NCBI GenBank assembly: GCA_963842445.1
Contig: CAWJHF010000009.1
Span: forward strand, 89,086 to 153,085
Direction of reading: 5' to 3'
Source: an uncultured Verrucomicrobiae bacterium
GTDB taxonomy: Bacteria; Verrucomicrobiota; Verrucomicrobiia; Limisphaerales; UBA11358
Length of the DNA stretch: 64,000 nucleotides
Positions 19,038 through 28,682 of the stretch are shown here, piece by piece. The notes below the pieces were generated by a model. That model worked only from the letters and a program-made list of their open reading frames with translations, did not search any database and had not been told where the DNA came from. How positions within the stretch are numbered: the stretch's first letter is position 1; each line of letters begins with the position of its first letter. Made by a program: the position numbers and the translations under genes.

Positions 19038-20184
19038 ATGTTCGAAACGGTTAAAACGGAAATTACGACGGCCTCGGAAAAACTTGCGCATCTGCGGAGG
19101 TTTCTTTGACGTGCCCGCCGCGCAAAAACGCCTCGGCGAACTCAATTCGCTCATGGCCGCCGACAATTTCTGGAACAACCGTGAAAAGGCGCAGACGCTG
19201 ATTGACGAGGCCAACTCCCTCCGCAACAAAACCGAGCCGTTGCTCCAGGCGGAAAAACATCTGGAGGATTTCCGCGTGATGCTCGAACTCGGCGAGGCCG
19301 AACCGCCCGAAGCGCAGCCGAAAGTCCAGCAGGAATTGGAACGCGACCTCGCGAAGTTTTTGCAGGATCTCGAAGCACTGGAGTTGAAGGTTTTCCTCAG
19401 CGGCCCGCACGACCGCAAGAACTGCATCCTGAGCATCAACGCCGGGGCCGGCGGCACCGAGGCGCAGGATTGGGCGGAAATGCTGTCGCGCATGTATCAG
19501 CGCTGGGCCGAATCGCGCGACTGGGACGTGGAAGTGACTGATGCGCTGCCCGGCGAAGGCGCGGGCCTCAAGAGCGTTACCATGCTGCTTCAGGGTGAAA
19601 ACGCCTACGGCTTCGCCAAGGCCGAACGCGGCGTCCACCGGCTCGTGCGCATCTCGCCGTTCGACGCCAACAAGCGCCGCCACACCAGCTTCGCCAGCGT
19701 GGACGTGATTGCGGAAATCGAGGAAAACGATTCGGAACTTGTGATCCCGCCGAACGAATTTGAAGTGGACACGTTCCGTTCCGGCGGCAAGGGCGGCCAG
19801 AACGTGAACAAGGTCGAGACCGCCGTGCGCATCACGCACATCCCGACTGGCCTGGTCGTCGCATCGCAAACGCAGCGATCACAGCATCAGAACCGCGCCA
19901 CGGCGATGAAACTGTTGCTGTCACGGATTTATGCGCAACGCCAGGACGCGGCAAAGGCCGAGATGGAGCGGTTTTACGGCGAGAAGGGCAGCATCTCGTG
20001 GGGCAACCAGATTCGCAGCTACGTCTTCCAGCCATATCGTATGGTGAAAGATTTGCGCACCGGCATCGAAACCAGCAATGTGCAAGCCGTGATGGACGGC
20101 GATTTGGATCAATTCGTGAATGGCTGGCTCCGCGCCGGCTGCCCGACCAAACGGATGCAGGGAGTGAAAGATGAAGGAGAATAA
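19038..20184 (+). CDS. prfB: Peptide chain release factor 2, requiring programmed +1 frameshift at 19104-19110
   Basis: Frame 0 MFETVKTEITTASEKLAHLRRFL ends at CTT TGA C. The +1 frame continues DVPAAQKRLGELN... and includes SGGKGGQNVNKVETAVR (GGQ) and the SPF motif (ISPFD). Confidence 0.93.
19095..19110 (+). promoter_or_regulatory. prfB autoregulatory +1 frameshift site
   Basis: cggaggtttCTTTGAC: an internal Shine-Dalgarno-like GGAGG lies 3 nt before the slippery CTT and the in-frame TGA followed by C. Confidence 0.9.
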
Positions 20185-20188
20185 AACG

Positions 20189-20246
20189 AGTCAGTAGTCA
20201 GTAGTTCGTAGCTAGTCGCAATCACCGCGCACTACTGACTACTGAT
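20189..20246. repeat. Inverted repeat (agtcagtagtcagtag ... ctactgactactga), likely prfB terminator hairpin
   Basis: Lies directly downstream of the prfB stop. Confidence 0.55.
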
Positions 20247-20262
20247 TGTTGACTGTCAACCG

Positions 20263-21102
20263 ATGAACATTCTCGACACCATTGTTGAGCAAAAGAAGCG
20301 CGAGGTCGCACAATTGCCACCGCGACTCGTCGCCACCGGGGATTTGCGTGATGCGCTGCTGGAACGCGGCGAGCGGCACGACTTTCTGGCGGCGTTGCGC
20401 AAGCCGCGTCACGGTGATATCGCGCTGATTGCCGAGGTCAAAAAGGCCTCGCCATCAGCGGGCGTGATTTGCATGGACTTCGACCCGGTGCACATCGCGA
20501 AGGAATACGAAGCGGCGGGTGCGAGTTGCCTTTCGGTTTTGACGGACGAAAAATTTTTCCAAGGTTCGCTCGATCACCTCCGGCAGATTCGCGCGGCGGT
20601 TAAGCTGCCGTTGTTGCGAAAGGATTTCATCATTGACGAGCGGCAGATTCTCGAGGCCATCGAATGGGGCGCGGACGCCATCCTGCTTATCATCGCCATT
20701 TTGACCGACGCGCAATTGAAAAAATTCCATTCGCTGGCGACCGAGGCCGGTCTGGCTGTACTGGTCGAAGTTCACGATGAAGCGGAACTGGACCGTGCAA
20801 TGAAAATTGGCGCACCCCTCATCGGTGTGAACAACCGCAATTTGAAAAATTTCAAGGTGGATCTGGCAACGACGGAAAAACTGGCGGCAGAATTATACCG
20901 TAGGACGGGTGTCTCGCCTGTCTCTAAAATTAAAAATGGAGACAGGCAGGATGCCTGTCCTACGCTTGTTGCTGAAAGCGGCATCCACACGCGCGCGGAC
21001 GTGGAGCGTCTGAGAAAATGCGGCGCCAACGTAATTTTGGTCGGCGAATCTTTGATGCGCGGCGGTGATATTCAATCCAAAATCCGCGAATTGATCAGGT
21101 AG
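20263..21102 (+). CDS. trpC: Indole-3-glycerol phosphate synthase, carrying an in-frame family B element
   Basis: IAEVKKASPS, LSVLTDEKFFQGS, LLRKDFIIDE and GVNNRNL motifs. Inserted peptide RRTGVSPVSKIKNGDRQDACPT is encoded by 20900-20963. Confidence 0.92.
   Translation: MNILDTIVEQKKREVAQLPPRLVATGDLRDALLERGERHDFLAALRKPRHGDIALIAEVKKASPSAGVICMDFDPVHIAKEYEAAGASCLSVLTDEKFFQGSLDHLRQIRAAVKLPLLRKDFIIDERQILEAIEWGADAILLIIAILTDAQLKKFHSLATEAGLAVLVEVHDEAELDRAMKIGAPLIGVNNRNLKNFKVDLATTEKLAAELYRRTGVSPVSKIKNGDRQDACPTLVAESGIHTRADVERLRKCGANVILVGESLMRGGDIQSKIRELIR
20900..20963. repeat. Palindromic element, family B (GTAGGACRGGYRTCYYGCCTGTCTC arms) inside trpC
   Basis: gtaggacgggtgtctcgcctgtctc - spacer - gagacaggcaggatgcctgtcctac. 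Homologous copy at 32446-32518. Confidence 0.85.
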
Positions 21103-21283
21103 CATTCGCCTTCCGCCTTCGCGGCGCGACGGCGGCCGGCGGGTTCAATTCGGCGTCCCGCCGAATTGCCACGGTAAGCGGAGAATTGCTGACAACCGGG
21201 CAAGTGCCGGCAAATTGTGTCAGCCGTCAGTTTCGGGCGTGACGTTCCGAAACGACCCGCGGGACGCGGGTGTTACCACAAAA

Positions 21284-22276
21284 TCACGCACGGCTCTGGG
21301 CCAGTTGCTTCGCCAGCCGGATCGCGGAAATCATGCTGGACGGATTGGCGATTCCTTTTCCCGCGATGTCGTAGGCCGTGCCGTGGTCGGGTGACGTGCG
21401 GACGAACGGCAGGCCCAGCGTCCAGTTCACGCCGGTGTCGAACGCAACAGCTTTCAGCGGCGCCAGTCCCTGGTCGTGATACATCGCCACGACCGCGTCA
21501 AAATCCCCGCGCAACGCGTAATGAAAAACCGTGTCGCCGCTCAACGGGCCAATGACATCCAGTCCGCGTTTTTGCGCGGCGAGCACCGTTGGCGTGATGG
21601 TTTTGATTTCCTCGTCGCCGAATTCGCCGCCTTCGCCCGCGTGCGGATTCAAGCCGCAAACGGCGACACGTGCGCGGGGCAATTGCAAATCGCGGCAGGC
21701 CCGTGCCGCCAGCTCGATGGCCAGCGCGATTTTTTCCGCCGTCAGTTTTTCAGGAACTGACTTGATGGAAATGTGGATCGTGGCCAGGGCAACGCGCAAC
21801 CAGCGATTCTTTTCGTCATGGCCGAGCAGCATCATTGCGGTGCGTTTGGTGTTGGCAAGTCCGGATAGAAATTCAGTCTGCCCGACAAATTTGTGTCCGG
21901 CACGGATGATGGATTCCTTGTTGACGGGCGCGGTGACGAGCGCATTCAATTCGCGCCGGAGACAGCGCTCGGCGCCGTCCCGCAAAAACGCGACGGCGGC
22001 GTTCGCAGCCGCGGGCGAACCCGCCGTCAGATTTTCCGGCAACGGTTCGGCCAATGGATTTGTGACAAAGAACCGGCCGGAATCCCCGTAGCCGGAAAAT
22101 TTTTTCAGCGGCAGACCCAATCCGAGTTTTTGGTTGAGGTGCCGGACGCAATCAGCGTCGCCAATCAGCAAATATTGTGCGCCATCATTCCTGGCCTCGG
22201 CGGCGATGGCCTTGAGGGTGACTTCGGGACCGATGCCGGTGACATCACCGAGTGTGATGCCGAGCCAGCGCGTCAT
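21284..22276 (-). CDS. pdxA: 4-hydroxythreonine-4-phosphate dehydrogenase
   Basis: ITLGDVTGIGPEV..., GLNPHAGEGG, VAMYHDQGL and TSPDHGTAYDIAG motifs. Confidence 0.92.
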   Translation of the reverse strand: MTRWLGITLGDVTGIGPEVTLKAIAAEARNDGAQYLLIGDADCVRHLNQKLGLGLPLKKFSGYGDSGRFFVTNPLAEPLPENLTAGSPAAANAAVAFLRDGAERCLRRELNALVTAPVNKESIIRAGHKFVGQTEFLSGLANTKRTAMMLLGHDEKNRWLRVALATIHISIKSVPEKLTAEKIALAIELAARACRDLQLPRARVAVCGLNPHAGEGGEFGDEEIKTITPTVLAAQKRGLDVIGPLSGDTVFHYALRGDFDAVVAMYHDQGLAPLKAVAFDTGVNWTLGLPFVRTSPDHGTAYDIAGKGIANPSSMISAIRLAKQLAQSRA

Positions 22277-23232
22277 GGGAAGATCTGGATGAACGTCTTT
22301 TTCTTCAACGAGTCAATCCATTGTTTTTGAACACGGGCCTGTTCTTGGGTGCGAAGGGTTTTTTCAATGTCTTCGCGGATTTCGCTGAGCGGCCGGACAT
22401 GGGCGGGGCGGGTTTGCTCGACGAGCATGAGGTAGCAGGCTTCCGGCGTTTCAACCACGTCGCTGACCTGGCCGGGTTTGAGCGCGAAGGCAACCTCGGC
22501 GAGTTCCTTGCGGAGCACGGAGCGCTCGATCCAGCCCCAGTCGCCACCCTGCTTTTGTTGCGAGCCTTGCGAATAAACGGAGGCCATTTCCTGAAAGCTT
22601 GCGCCTTCCTTGATTTGGGACTGGATTTCGCGGGCCAGAGCCAGCGTGTTGGTGTCGTCACCGGAGGTTTTGTTGAGCACGATCATGCGCAGTTTGATTT
22701 CGTCCTCAACCTTGAAATCGTCCTGATGGGCCAGGTAGTAGGTTTCCACCTTGTAGGGTGAGATGACAATTTGGCGCGAAATGTTCTGTCTGCGCAACTC
22801 CGACTCGATGTTTTGATCGCGGATGTCTTCGCGGAATTGCTCATACGTGATGCCCTGCGCCTGCAATGATTTCATCGCTGTCACGCGGTCGCCGAATTGC
22901 TCGCGGATCCGTTCCTGCACCATTTCGTCCACCACACTGTCCGGCAACTTGGTATATTTGGTCTCGAATTCGTGCAGGATCAACTGGCGCTCCACCAATA
23001 TCTCCAGACTGTTGTCGAGCGCCTCAGCGAGTTTTTGCTGAAAGACTTCCGGCTGTTCGGCGTATTGCCGGCGCAATGCCTCCATCGCCGGCGCGGTGAA
23101 TTCCGCGACCTGCTCGTAGGTGATGACCGTGTTGTTCACGATGGCCTTGACGCCGTCGGCCAGTTCCGCGCGCACGGGCAGGCCCAAGCACAATGCCACC
23201 GCCCATATTGGAATCAATCGGGACCAATTCAT
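22273..23232 (-). CDS. SurA-like periplasmic chaperone / PpiC-type peptidyl-prolyl isomerase
   Basis: ATG at 23232 gives signal peptide MNWSRLIPIWAVALCLGLPVRA. SurA N-domain-like region and a parvulin segment (FQEMASVYSQGSQQKQGGDWGW). Overlaps the pdxA start by 4 nt. Confidence 0.8.
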   Translation of the reverse strand: MNWSRLIPIWAVALCLGLPVRAELADGVKAIVNNTVITYEQVAEFTAPAMEALRRQYAEQPEVFQQKLAEALDNSLEILVERQLILHEFETKYTKLPDSVVDEMVQERIREQFGDRVTAMKSLQAQGITYEQFREDIRDQNIESELRRQNISRQIVISPYKVETYYLAHQDDFKVEDEIKLRMIVLNKTSGDDTNTLALAREIQSQIKEGASFQEMASVYSQGSQQKQGGDWGWIERSVLRKELAEVAFALKPGQVSDVVETPEACYLMLVEQTRPAHVRPLSEIREDIEKTLRTQEQARVQKQWIDSLKKKTFIQIFP

Positions 23233-23288
23233 CAAATCCAATGCGAATACTAACAACTGCCTCCGGCGGGTCAAGCGCCGCCACTTCA

Positions 23289-23498
23289 TCAAAACGGCCG
23301 CGTGCGATCCAACAAATACATGACCAGCGCCATGAGTGCGGAGAAAATCAAGCCTGCCACGATTGACCATTTCAAAAACTTTCGATGCTTGCGGCGCGCC
23401 GCCGGGCCGCCTTGGCCCGGTAACAGGTAATATCGTTCGCGCTCTTTTTTGCCGTTCGAGAAAAACATACGCTTCCGACTTCGCCAATTTTTTAGCAT
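23289..23498 (-). CDS. Possible small basic membrane protein
   Basis: 69-aa ORF with one TM helix (WSIVAGLIFSALMALVMYLL) upstream of the surA-like gene. No supporting motif. Confidence 0.3.
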   Translation of the reverse strand: MLKNWRSRKRMFFSNGKKERERYYLLPGQGGPAARRKHRKFLKWSIVAGLIFSALMALVMYLLDRTRPF

Positions 23499-23561
23499 AC
23501 AATCCGCTGTTGCTCAAGCCTGATGCTTGCGGTGACGGGCCTTGCCCTTTAACGTTCCGGC

Positions 23562-24383
23562 GTGAATCTCGAAGACCATCTCGGCGACATCATCCGCAAG
23601 GCGCGGGCGATGAGCAACGTTTCGACGGCTGCCGCGGCAATGGCCGCGGGAATTTCCGAAGCCGAACTTTCCGCGCTCGAAGAAAGCGGACGAACCGGCA
23701 AACGACCCGACTTTACCGCGCTGGCCCGGCTGGTCGGCTTGCACCCGGCCAAACTCGCAGGCGTTGCCAACGGCTGGCGGCCGGCGGAAACGGATTTGAG
23801 CGTCTGGCGCGAATTGCGCGTGTTCACCACCGCCGGCGACGGCATGACCGTAAATTGCTATCTGGTTTGGGACGAAGTCACGCGCGACGCGGCGCTGTTC
23901 GACACCGGCTTCGATGCGAAACCGGTGCTGGCTTGCATCGCCGAAAACCAGCTTCAGCCCCGGCACGTTTTCATCACGCACTCGCACTATGATCACGTCG
24001 AAGCACTGCCAAAAATCCGCGAGGCCTTCCCAAAAGTGCGGCTGCACAGCGGCTCCAAAAACGCGCCGGTGGACCAGCGCAACAAGCCGAGCGAAATCGT
24101 CCATCTCGGCGGACTGCGCATCACGCATCGCGAGACCCCCGGCCACGCGGACGACGGCGTGACCTACATCGTCGGCAACTGGCAGGAGGACGCGCCGCAC
24201 GTGGCCATTGTAGGCGACGCGATTTTCGCCGGGTCCATCGGGCGCGGTAACCAGTCGTGGGATTTGGCGCGGCAAAAAGTGCGCGAACAGATTTTGACTT
24301 TGCCGCCGGGAACGTTGATTTGCCCCGGCCACGGTCCGTTGACGACGGTGGCGGAAGAAAAGGAACACAATCCATTCTTTTGA
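23562..24383 (+). CDS. HTH-domain / metallo-beta-lactamase-fold hydrolase fusion
   Basis: N-terminal XRE-like segment (IIRKARAMSNVSTAAAAMAAGISEAELSALE) followed by an MBL core with ITHSHYDH and later GH/D ligands. Confidence 0.8.
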   Translation: MNLEDHLGDIIRKARAMSNVSTAAAAMAAGISEAELSALEESGRTGKRPDFTALARLVGLHPAKLAGVANGWRPAETDLSVWRELRVFTTAGDGMTVNCYLVWDEVTRDAALFDTGFDAKPVLACIAENQLQPRHVFITHSHYDHVEALPKIREAFPKVRLHSGSKNAPVDQRNKPSEIVHLGGLRITHRETPGHADDGVTYIVGNWQEDAPHVAIVGDAIFAGSIGRGNQSWDLARQKVREQILTLPPGTLICPGHGPLTTVAEEKEHNPFF

Positions 24384-24630
24384 TTTGCTGATGGTTCGAC
24401 TGGTAAAGTAAATGGCGAAGCAAAAATTGGACACCGCCATACAATCATCGGGACACATTTCGCGATCTTCGAGGGAACCAGCCAAATCAAACACGCAGTT
24501 TTTCGTGAGTCAGACTCTGAATTTGCCGGGATGTCAGCACTCCGCCTGTCCGGCGGTTTACCCGTGAAGTTCTCCGACCAAGTGGCACGAACTATGCACT
24601 TTGGAATAATTGAGCATAAAGACGTGACTT

Positions 24631-24909
24631 ATGAGATTCAGCCTGGAAGTCGGCAACGCAGACAAACACCTCGTCGAATTCAACTTCAACCAGTTCTACG
24701 GCACCCTGGTCATCCGCGTGGACAACCGGCCGGTATTCCAATCCAAGCGCATTTTCAACGAACCGGTCCGTGAAGTTTACCACTTCGTGATTGATGGCGC
24801 GGAGAAATCGGACGTGCGGATTGAGAAACGGCGCAAACCGCTGTTCGGCCACCACAACTCGGTCTATGTAAACGACCGCCTGACCCGGGTCGTGGACGGG
24901 TATTTTTGA
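24631..24909 (+). CDS. Hypothetical protein
   Basis: 92-aa ORF with coding-like composition and no recognisable motif. Confidence 0.4.
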   Translation: MRFSLEVGNADKHLVEFNFNQFYGTLVIRVDNRPVFQSKRIFNEPVREVYHFVIDGAEKSDVRIEKRRKPLFGHHNSVYVNDRLTRVVDGYF

Positions 24910-24984
24910 TCAATTTTTACTGAATGGAACTGCCTCCGACCCCATGGCCGCATTCGACGCGAAATAATTTGAATGCCGGGATCG

Positions 24985-25092
24985 GACACAAATTTCACGA
25001 ATTCGCACAGATTAAAAGCCACTTGAATCAATCTGGATAATTCGTGTAATTCGCGTCTCAGCATCCGCATCCATCCGTGCTAATTCGTAGCT
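24985..25092. repeat. Cluster of short repeats (cacgaattcgcac... and catccgcatccatccgtg types)
   Basis: Inverted cacgaattcgca / aattcgtgtaattcgcg pair. The catccgtg motif is related to 44911-44950. Confidence 0.55.
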
Positions 25093-25179
25093 TTGGCGGA
25101 CGCACAGATCCATTTGAATTTGCAAATTGACCCTATTCGTTTGGGTTGTTAGCCTGTCCCTCCGTTCCAACGGGATTTT

Positions 25180-25653
25180 ATGCGACATACCATTTCAGTT
25201 CTGGTGGAGAACAAGTTCGGCGTGCTCACGCGCGTGGCGGGCCTGTTCAGCGGACGCGGCTACAACATTGACACGCTCAACGTCGGCCCGACCCAGGACC
25301 CCGACCTGTCACGCATGACCATCGTCACCCACGGCGACGAGGCCACGCTTGAACAGATCGTCAAGCAGCTTAACAAGCTGCCTAACGTCATCAAGGTGCA
25401 GGATTTCCACGAGGGCGAATACGTGGACCGCGAACTGGTGCTGGTGAAAGTGGCGGTGGACTCCAAATCGCGCGCCGAGGTGATGCAAATCACGGACATT
25501 TTCCGCGCCAAAATCGTGGACGTGCAGCCCAAGAGTCTTGCCATCGAAATCACCGGCGCCGAAAGCAAGGTGGAAAAGTTCATCGAATTGATGAGCACAT
25601 TTGGCGTGTCGGAAATCACGCGCACGGGCAAGGTCGCCCTGCCGCGCAAGTAA
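25180..25653 (+). CDS. ilvN: Acetolactate synthase small (regulatory) subunit
   Basis: MRHTISVLVENKFGVLTRVAGLFSGRGYNIDTLNVGPT, ACT domain plus C-terminal domain. Confidence 0.92.
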   Translation: MRHTISVLVENKFGVLTRVAGLFSGRGYNIDTLNVGPTQDPDLSRMTIVTHGDEATLEQIVKQLNKLPNVIKVQDFHEGEYVDRELVLVKVAVDSKSRAEVMQITDIFRAKIVDVQPKSLAIEITGAESKVEKFIELMSTFGVSEITRTGKVALPRK

Positions 25654-25922
25654 CCACGCCCGGACGCAGGGGCCGCGGTTTCTTCATCCGCCGGCAATCC
25701 AGAATGCAACCGGATACTGTTTTGGAGCGCGAGTTGTTCCAACTCGCAGCGTTTCCAGCAAATCCAAACGCTGCGGATTGAGGACAATCCGCGCTCCGGG
25801 ACAAATAAAATACTCACCCGGATTGCGTTTGCATTTGACGGACAAGCGCTGATGTTTAAAACTAAAAGTTCGCTTGAACGAGTTGAAGAGATTGAAAACA
25901 CACTGACGAGAAAGATTGAGTT

Positions 25923-27023
25923 ATGGCAACGATTGATTTTGGCGGAACGAAGGAAAAAGTGATCACGCGGAAGGAATTCCCGATGGCCCGCGCCCGCACG
26001 GTGCTCAAGAACGAAACCATCGCCATCATCGGCTATGGCGTGCAAGGCCCGGCGCAGGGACTGAACCTGCGCGACAACGGCTTCAAAGTCATCGTCGGCC
26101 AGGCTAAATCGTTCAAGCGCGATTGGGACCGTGCCGTGAAGGACGGCTGGAAACCCGGTAAGACGCTGTTCGACATCGAGGAAGCGGTGCAAAAGGGCAC
26201 CATCATCCAGATGCTCGTTTCCGATGCCGCCCAGCGCGCCATCTGGCCGGTGGTGAAGAAAAATCTCAAGCCCGGCGCTGCGCTTTATTTCTCGCACGGA
26301 TTCTCCATCGCCTACAAGAAACAGACCGGCGTCATCCCGCCGAAAAACGTGGACGTGATCATGGTCGCGCCGAAGGGTTCCGGCCTGAACGTGCGCCGCA
26401 ATTTTCTCACCGGCGCGGGCATCAATTCCAGTTTCGCCGTCGAGCAGGACGCCACCGGCCACGCCGAGGAACGTTGCCTCGCTGTTGGCATTGGTATCGG
26501 GTCGGGCTACCTGTTCCCCACCACGTTCCAGCATGAGGTGTTCAGCGATCTCACCGGCGAGCGCGGCGTGTTGATGGGCGCACTGGCCGGCATCATGGAG
26601 GCGCAATACGACGTGCTCCGCACCCACGGCCATTCGCCGAGCGAAGCGTTCAACGAAACCGTCGAGGAACTCACGCAAAGCCTCATCCGGCTCGTGGACG
26701 AAAATGGCATGGACTGGATGTATTCCAACTGTTCCGCTACCGCCCAGCGCGGCGCGTTGGACTGGAAACCCAAGTTCAAGCAGGCCACCCTGCCGGTGTT
26801 CAAGGAACTTTACCATCGCGTCAAGACGGGCAAGGAATGTGCGCGGGTGCTCTCCGCCTGCGGCGCGCGCAACTATCAGGCGCAGTTGGCGAAGGAATTG
26901 GGCCAGATCCACAATTCCGAAATGTGGCGCGCCGGGGCAGCTTCCCGCGCGTTGCGACCCAAGCAATCCGCCAAATTAATCGCCAAAGGCACCAAAGGCG
27001 TCTCCGGACGTATGGCAAATTAA
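25923..27023 (+). CDS. ilvC: Ketol-acid reductoisomerase
   Basis: IAIIGYGVQGPAQGLNLRDNG Rossmann motif, SHGF and GERGVLMG segments. Confidence 0.93.
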   Translation: MATIDFGGTKEKVITRKEFPMARARTVLKNETIAIIGYGVQGPAQGLNLRDNGFKVIVGQAKSFKRDWDRAVKDGWKPGKTLFDIEEAVQKGTIIQMLVSDAAQRAIWPVVKKNLKPGAALYFSHGFSIAYKKQTGVIPPKNVDVIMVAPKGSGLNVRRNFLTGAGINSSFAVEQDATGHAEERCLAVGIGIGSGYLFPTTFQHEVFSDLTGERGVLMGALAGIMEAQYDVLRTHGHSPSEAFNETVEELTQSLIRLVDENGMDWMYSNCSATAQRGALDWKPKFKQATLPVFKELYHRVKTGKECARVLSACGARNYQAQLAKELGQIHNSEMWRAGAASRALRPKQSAKLIAKGTKGVSGRMAN

Positions 27024-27042
27024 ATCCGCGCAACGAATTAAA

Positions 27043-27072
27043 AGCCGCTGGAACCATCCGGCGGCTTTTTTG
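27043..27072 (+). terminator. Rho-independent terminator after ilvC
   Basis: agccgctggaaccatccggcggc stem-loop followed by TTTTTTG. Confidence 0.7.
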
Positions 27073-27162
27073 TTTAAGTATCGGAGGGGCGAGTTACACG
27101 AGCCCCAAATTTCCCGGGTTTTTTTAGTCAGGGACTCGCGGAGCTCGTCCCTCCGGAATGAT

Positions 27163-28536
27163 TCAACCGCCCAGCGAACCCGGATCGCCCACGTCGCCCT
27201 TGTTGAAATCCACGTAGGCCTCGGTCAAATCGGCGGCGTAAATTACGGTGCTTGCCTTGCCGAGATTCAGGTTGATGTGCAAATCGAATTCCTTCGGCAC
27301 CACGGCGGCGCAAAGTTCCCTGAATGTCGCCTTTGTCGGCTGGCCGCGCTTTAAACTCCACAAGATCCTTTTGCCGCCGGGAGCGCTGTAACCGATATCC
27401 ACCTTCTCCTCGACGATTTTGGCCGGCGAATAACCGAGCGCGTCAATAATGCGGCCCCAATTCGGGTCGCCGCCGTGCCAGCTCGTTTTCACGAGCGGAC
27501 TGTTCGCCACCGCCCGCGCGGCGGCATCGGCATCGGCAACTGTCTTTGCACCGTTCACACGCACTGTCACAATGCGATGCACGCCTTCGCCATCGCGCAC
27601 AATCATCTTCGCCAGTTCCAGGCAGACGTGATTCAGCGCGGCTTGAAAAACCTTGAAGTTTTGTAGGAGCCGACGTGAGGAGGCTCTGACTTTTTTTGAC
27701 GAAGTGAGACTCGTTACCTCGTCTCCTACAATTATTGGATTGCCCGCCAGCCCATTCGCCAGCACCAGCACCGTGTCGTTCGTGCTCATGTCGCCGTCCA
27801 CAGTGATGCGATTGAAGCTCTGCGCGACGGCTTCCTCCAGAGCAGCCTGCAAAGTTTTCGCATCAATCGCCGCGTCGATGGTGATGAAACAAAGCATCGT
27901 CGCGTGCAACACCGCCGGCCTTGCTCCCGTGGCGCTCATGCCAGGCTGAATCATGCCTGCGCCTTTGCAAATGCCGCCGATGCGGACGGTCTTGCCGTCC
28001 AGCTTGAACTCGACCGCGATTTGCTTGGGCCGCGTGTCGCTCGTCATGATGGCCTCGGCGGCATGAGCGGCGCTCTCCGGCGAATTGTCGAGTAGCGTCA
28101 CGGCCTCTTTGATACCGGCCCGGACATTGGCCATCGGCATCGTAACCCCGATGCGGCCGGTGGAACCGACCAGAACATGTTCCGCCGGTATGTGCAGATG
28201 TTTGGCGAGCAATGCAGTCATTTCACGCGCGTCCTGCAAGCCTTGTTTTCCCGTGCAGGCATTGGCGTTGCCGGAATTGACGACGATGGCCTGGGCGGTT
28301 CCCTTTTTCACGCGTTCAACGCAAACTTTCACCGGCGCGGCGCAGACCTGATTGGTCGTGAACATGCCCGCAACCGTCGCCGGAACCTCAGACACAATCA
28401 GCGCGAGATCGCGCTTTTGCCCCTTGTTCGAGCCTTTGCCGGTGCCGAGGCGTTTGATATCGCAAAACACGCCGCCGGCCAGAAAACCTTTTGGCGCGAC
28501 GATGGAACCTAGGATTTTTTTGAACCTGATTTTCAT
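27163..28536 (-). CDS. argJ: Bifunctional ornithine acetyltransferase / N-acetylglutamate synthase, carrying an in-frame family A element
   Basis: KGFLAGGVFCDIK, self-cleavage site HATMLCFITID, and MSTNDTV. Inserted peptide VGDEVTSLTSSKKVRASSRRLLQ is encoded by 27662-27730. Confidence 0.9.
   Translation of the reverse strand: MKIRFKKILGSIVAPKGFLAGGVFCDIKRLGTGKGSNKGQKRDLALIVSEVPATVAGMFTTNQVCAAPVKVCVERVKKGTAQAIVVNSGNANACTGKQGLQDAREMTALLAKHLHIPAEHVLVGSTGRIGVTMPMANVRAGIKEAVTLLDNSPESAAHAAEAIMTSDTRPKQIAVEFKLDGKTVRIGGICKGAGMIQPGMSATGARPAVLHATMLCFITIDAAIDAKTLQAALEEAVAQSFNRITVDGDMSTNDTVLVLANGLAGNPIIVGDEVTSLTSSKKVRASSRRLLQNFKVFQAALNHVCLELAKMIVRDGEGVHRIVTVRVNGAKTVADADAAARAVANSPLVKTSWHGGDPNWGRIIDALGYSPAKIVEEKVDIGYSAPGGKRILWSLKRGQPTKATFRELCAAVVPKEFDLHINLNLGKASTVIYAADLTEAYVDFNKGDVGDPGSLGG
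27662..27730. repeat. Palindromic element, family A, inside argJ
   Basis: gtaggagccgacgtgaggaggctc - spacer - gagactcgttacctcgtctcctac. Confidence 0.85.
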
Positions 28537-28598
28537 TTTGCGGAATTGAATCTGCCAATTTTGCATGTCAACGCGAATCATTTTTTTACGATTAAAAT

Positions 28599-28682
28599 CT
28601 AACGCAGAGGCGCGGAGACCGCAGAGGGACGCAAAGAAAACTTGTTTATCTAACTCTGCGTTTTCTGCGTCTCTGCGTTAAA
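28599..28682. repeat. Inverted pair of family D repeats (probable terminator hairpin after the methyltransferase gene)
   Basis: taacgcagaggcgcggagaccgcagag ... ctctgcgttttctgcgtctctgcgtta. Confidence 0.7.

Noticed and set aside
25260-26966. 568-aa ORF on the minus strand
   Set aside because: It is antisense to ilvN and ilvC, both of which have unmistakable motifs. The composition is low-complexity and Arg/Gly/His-rich.
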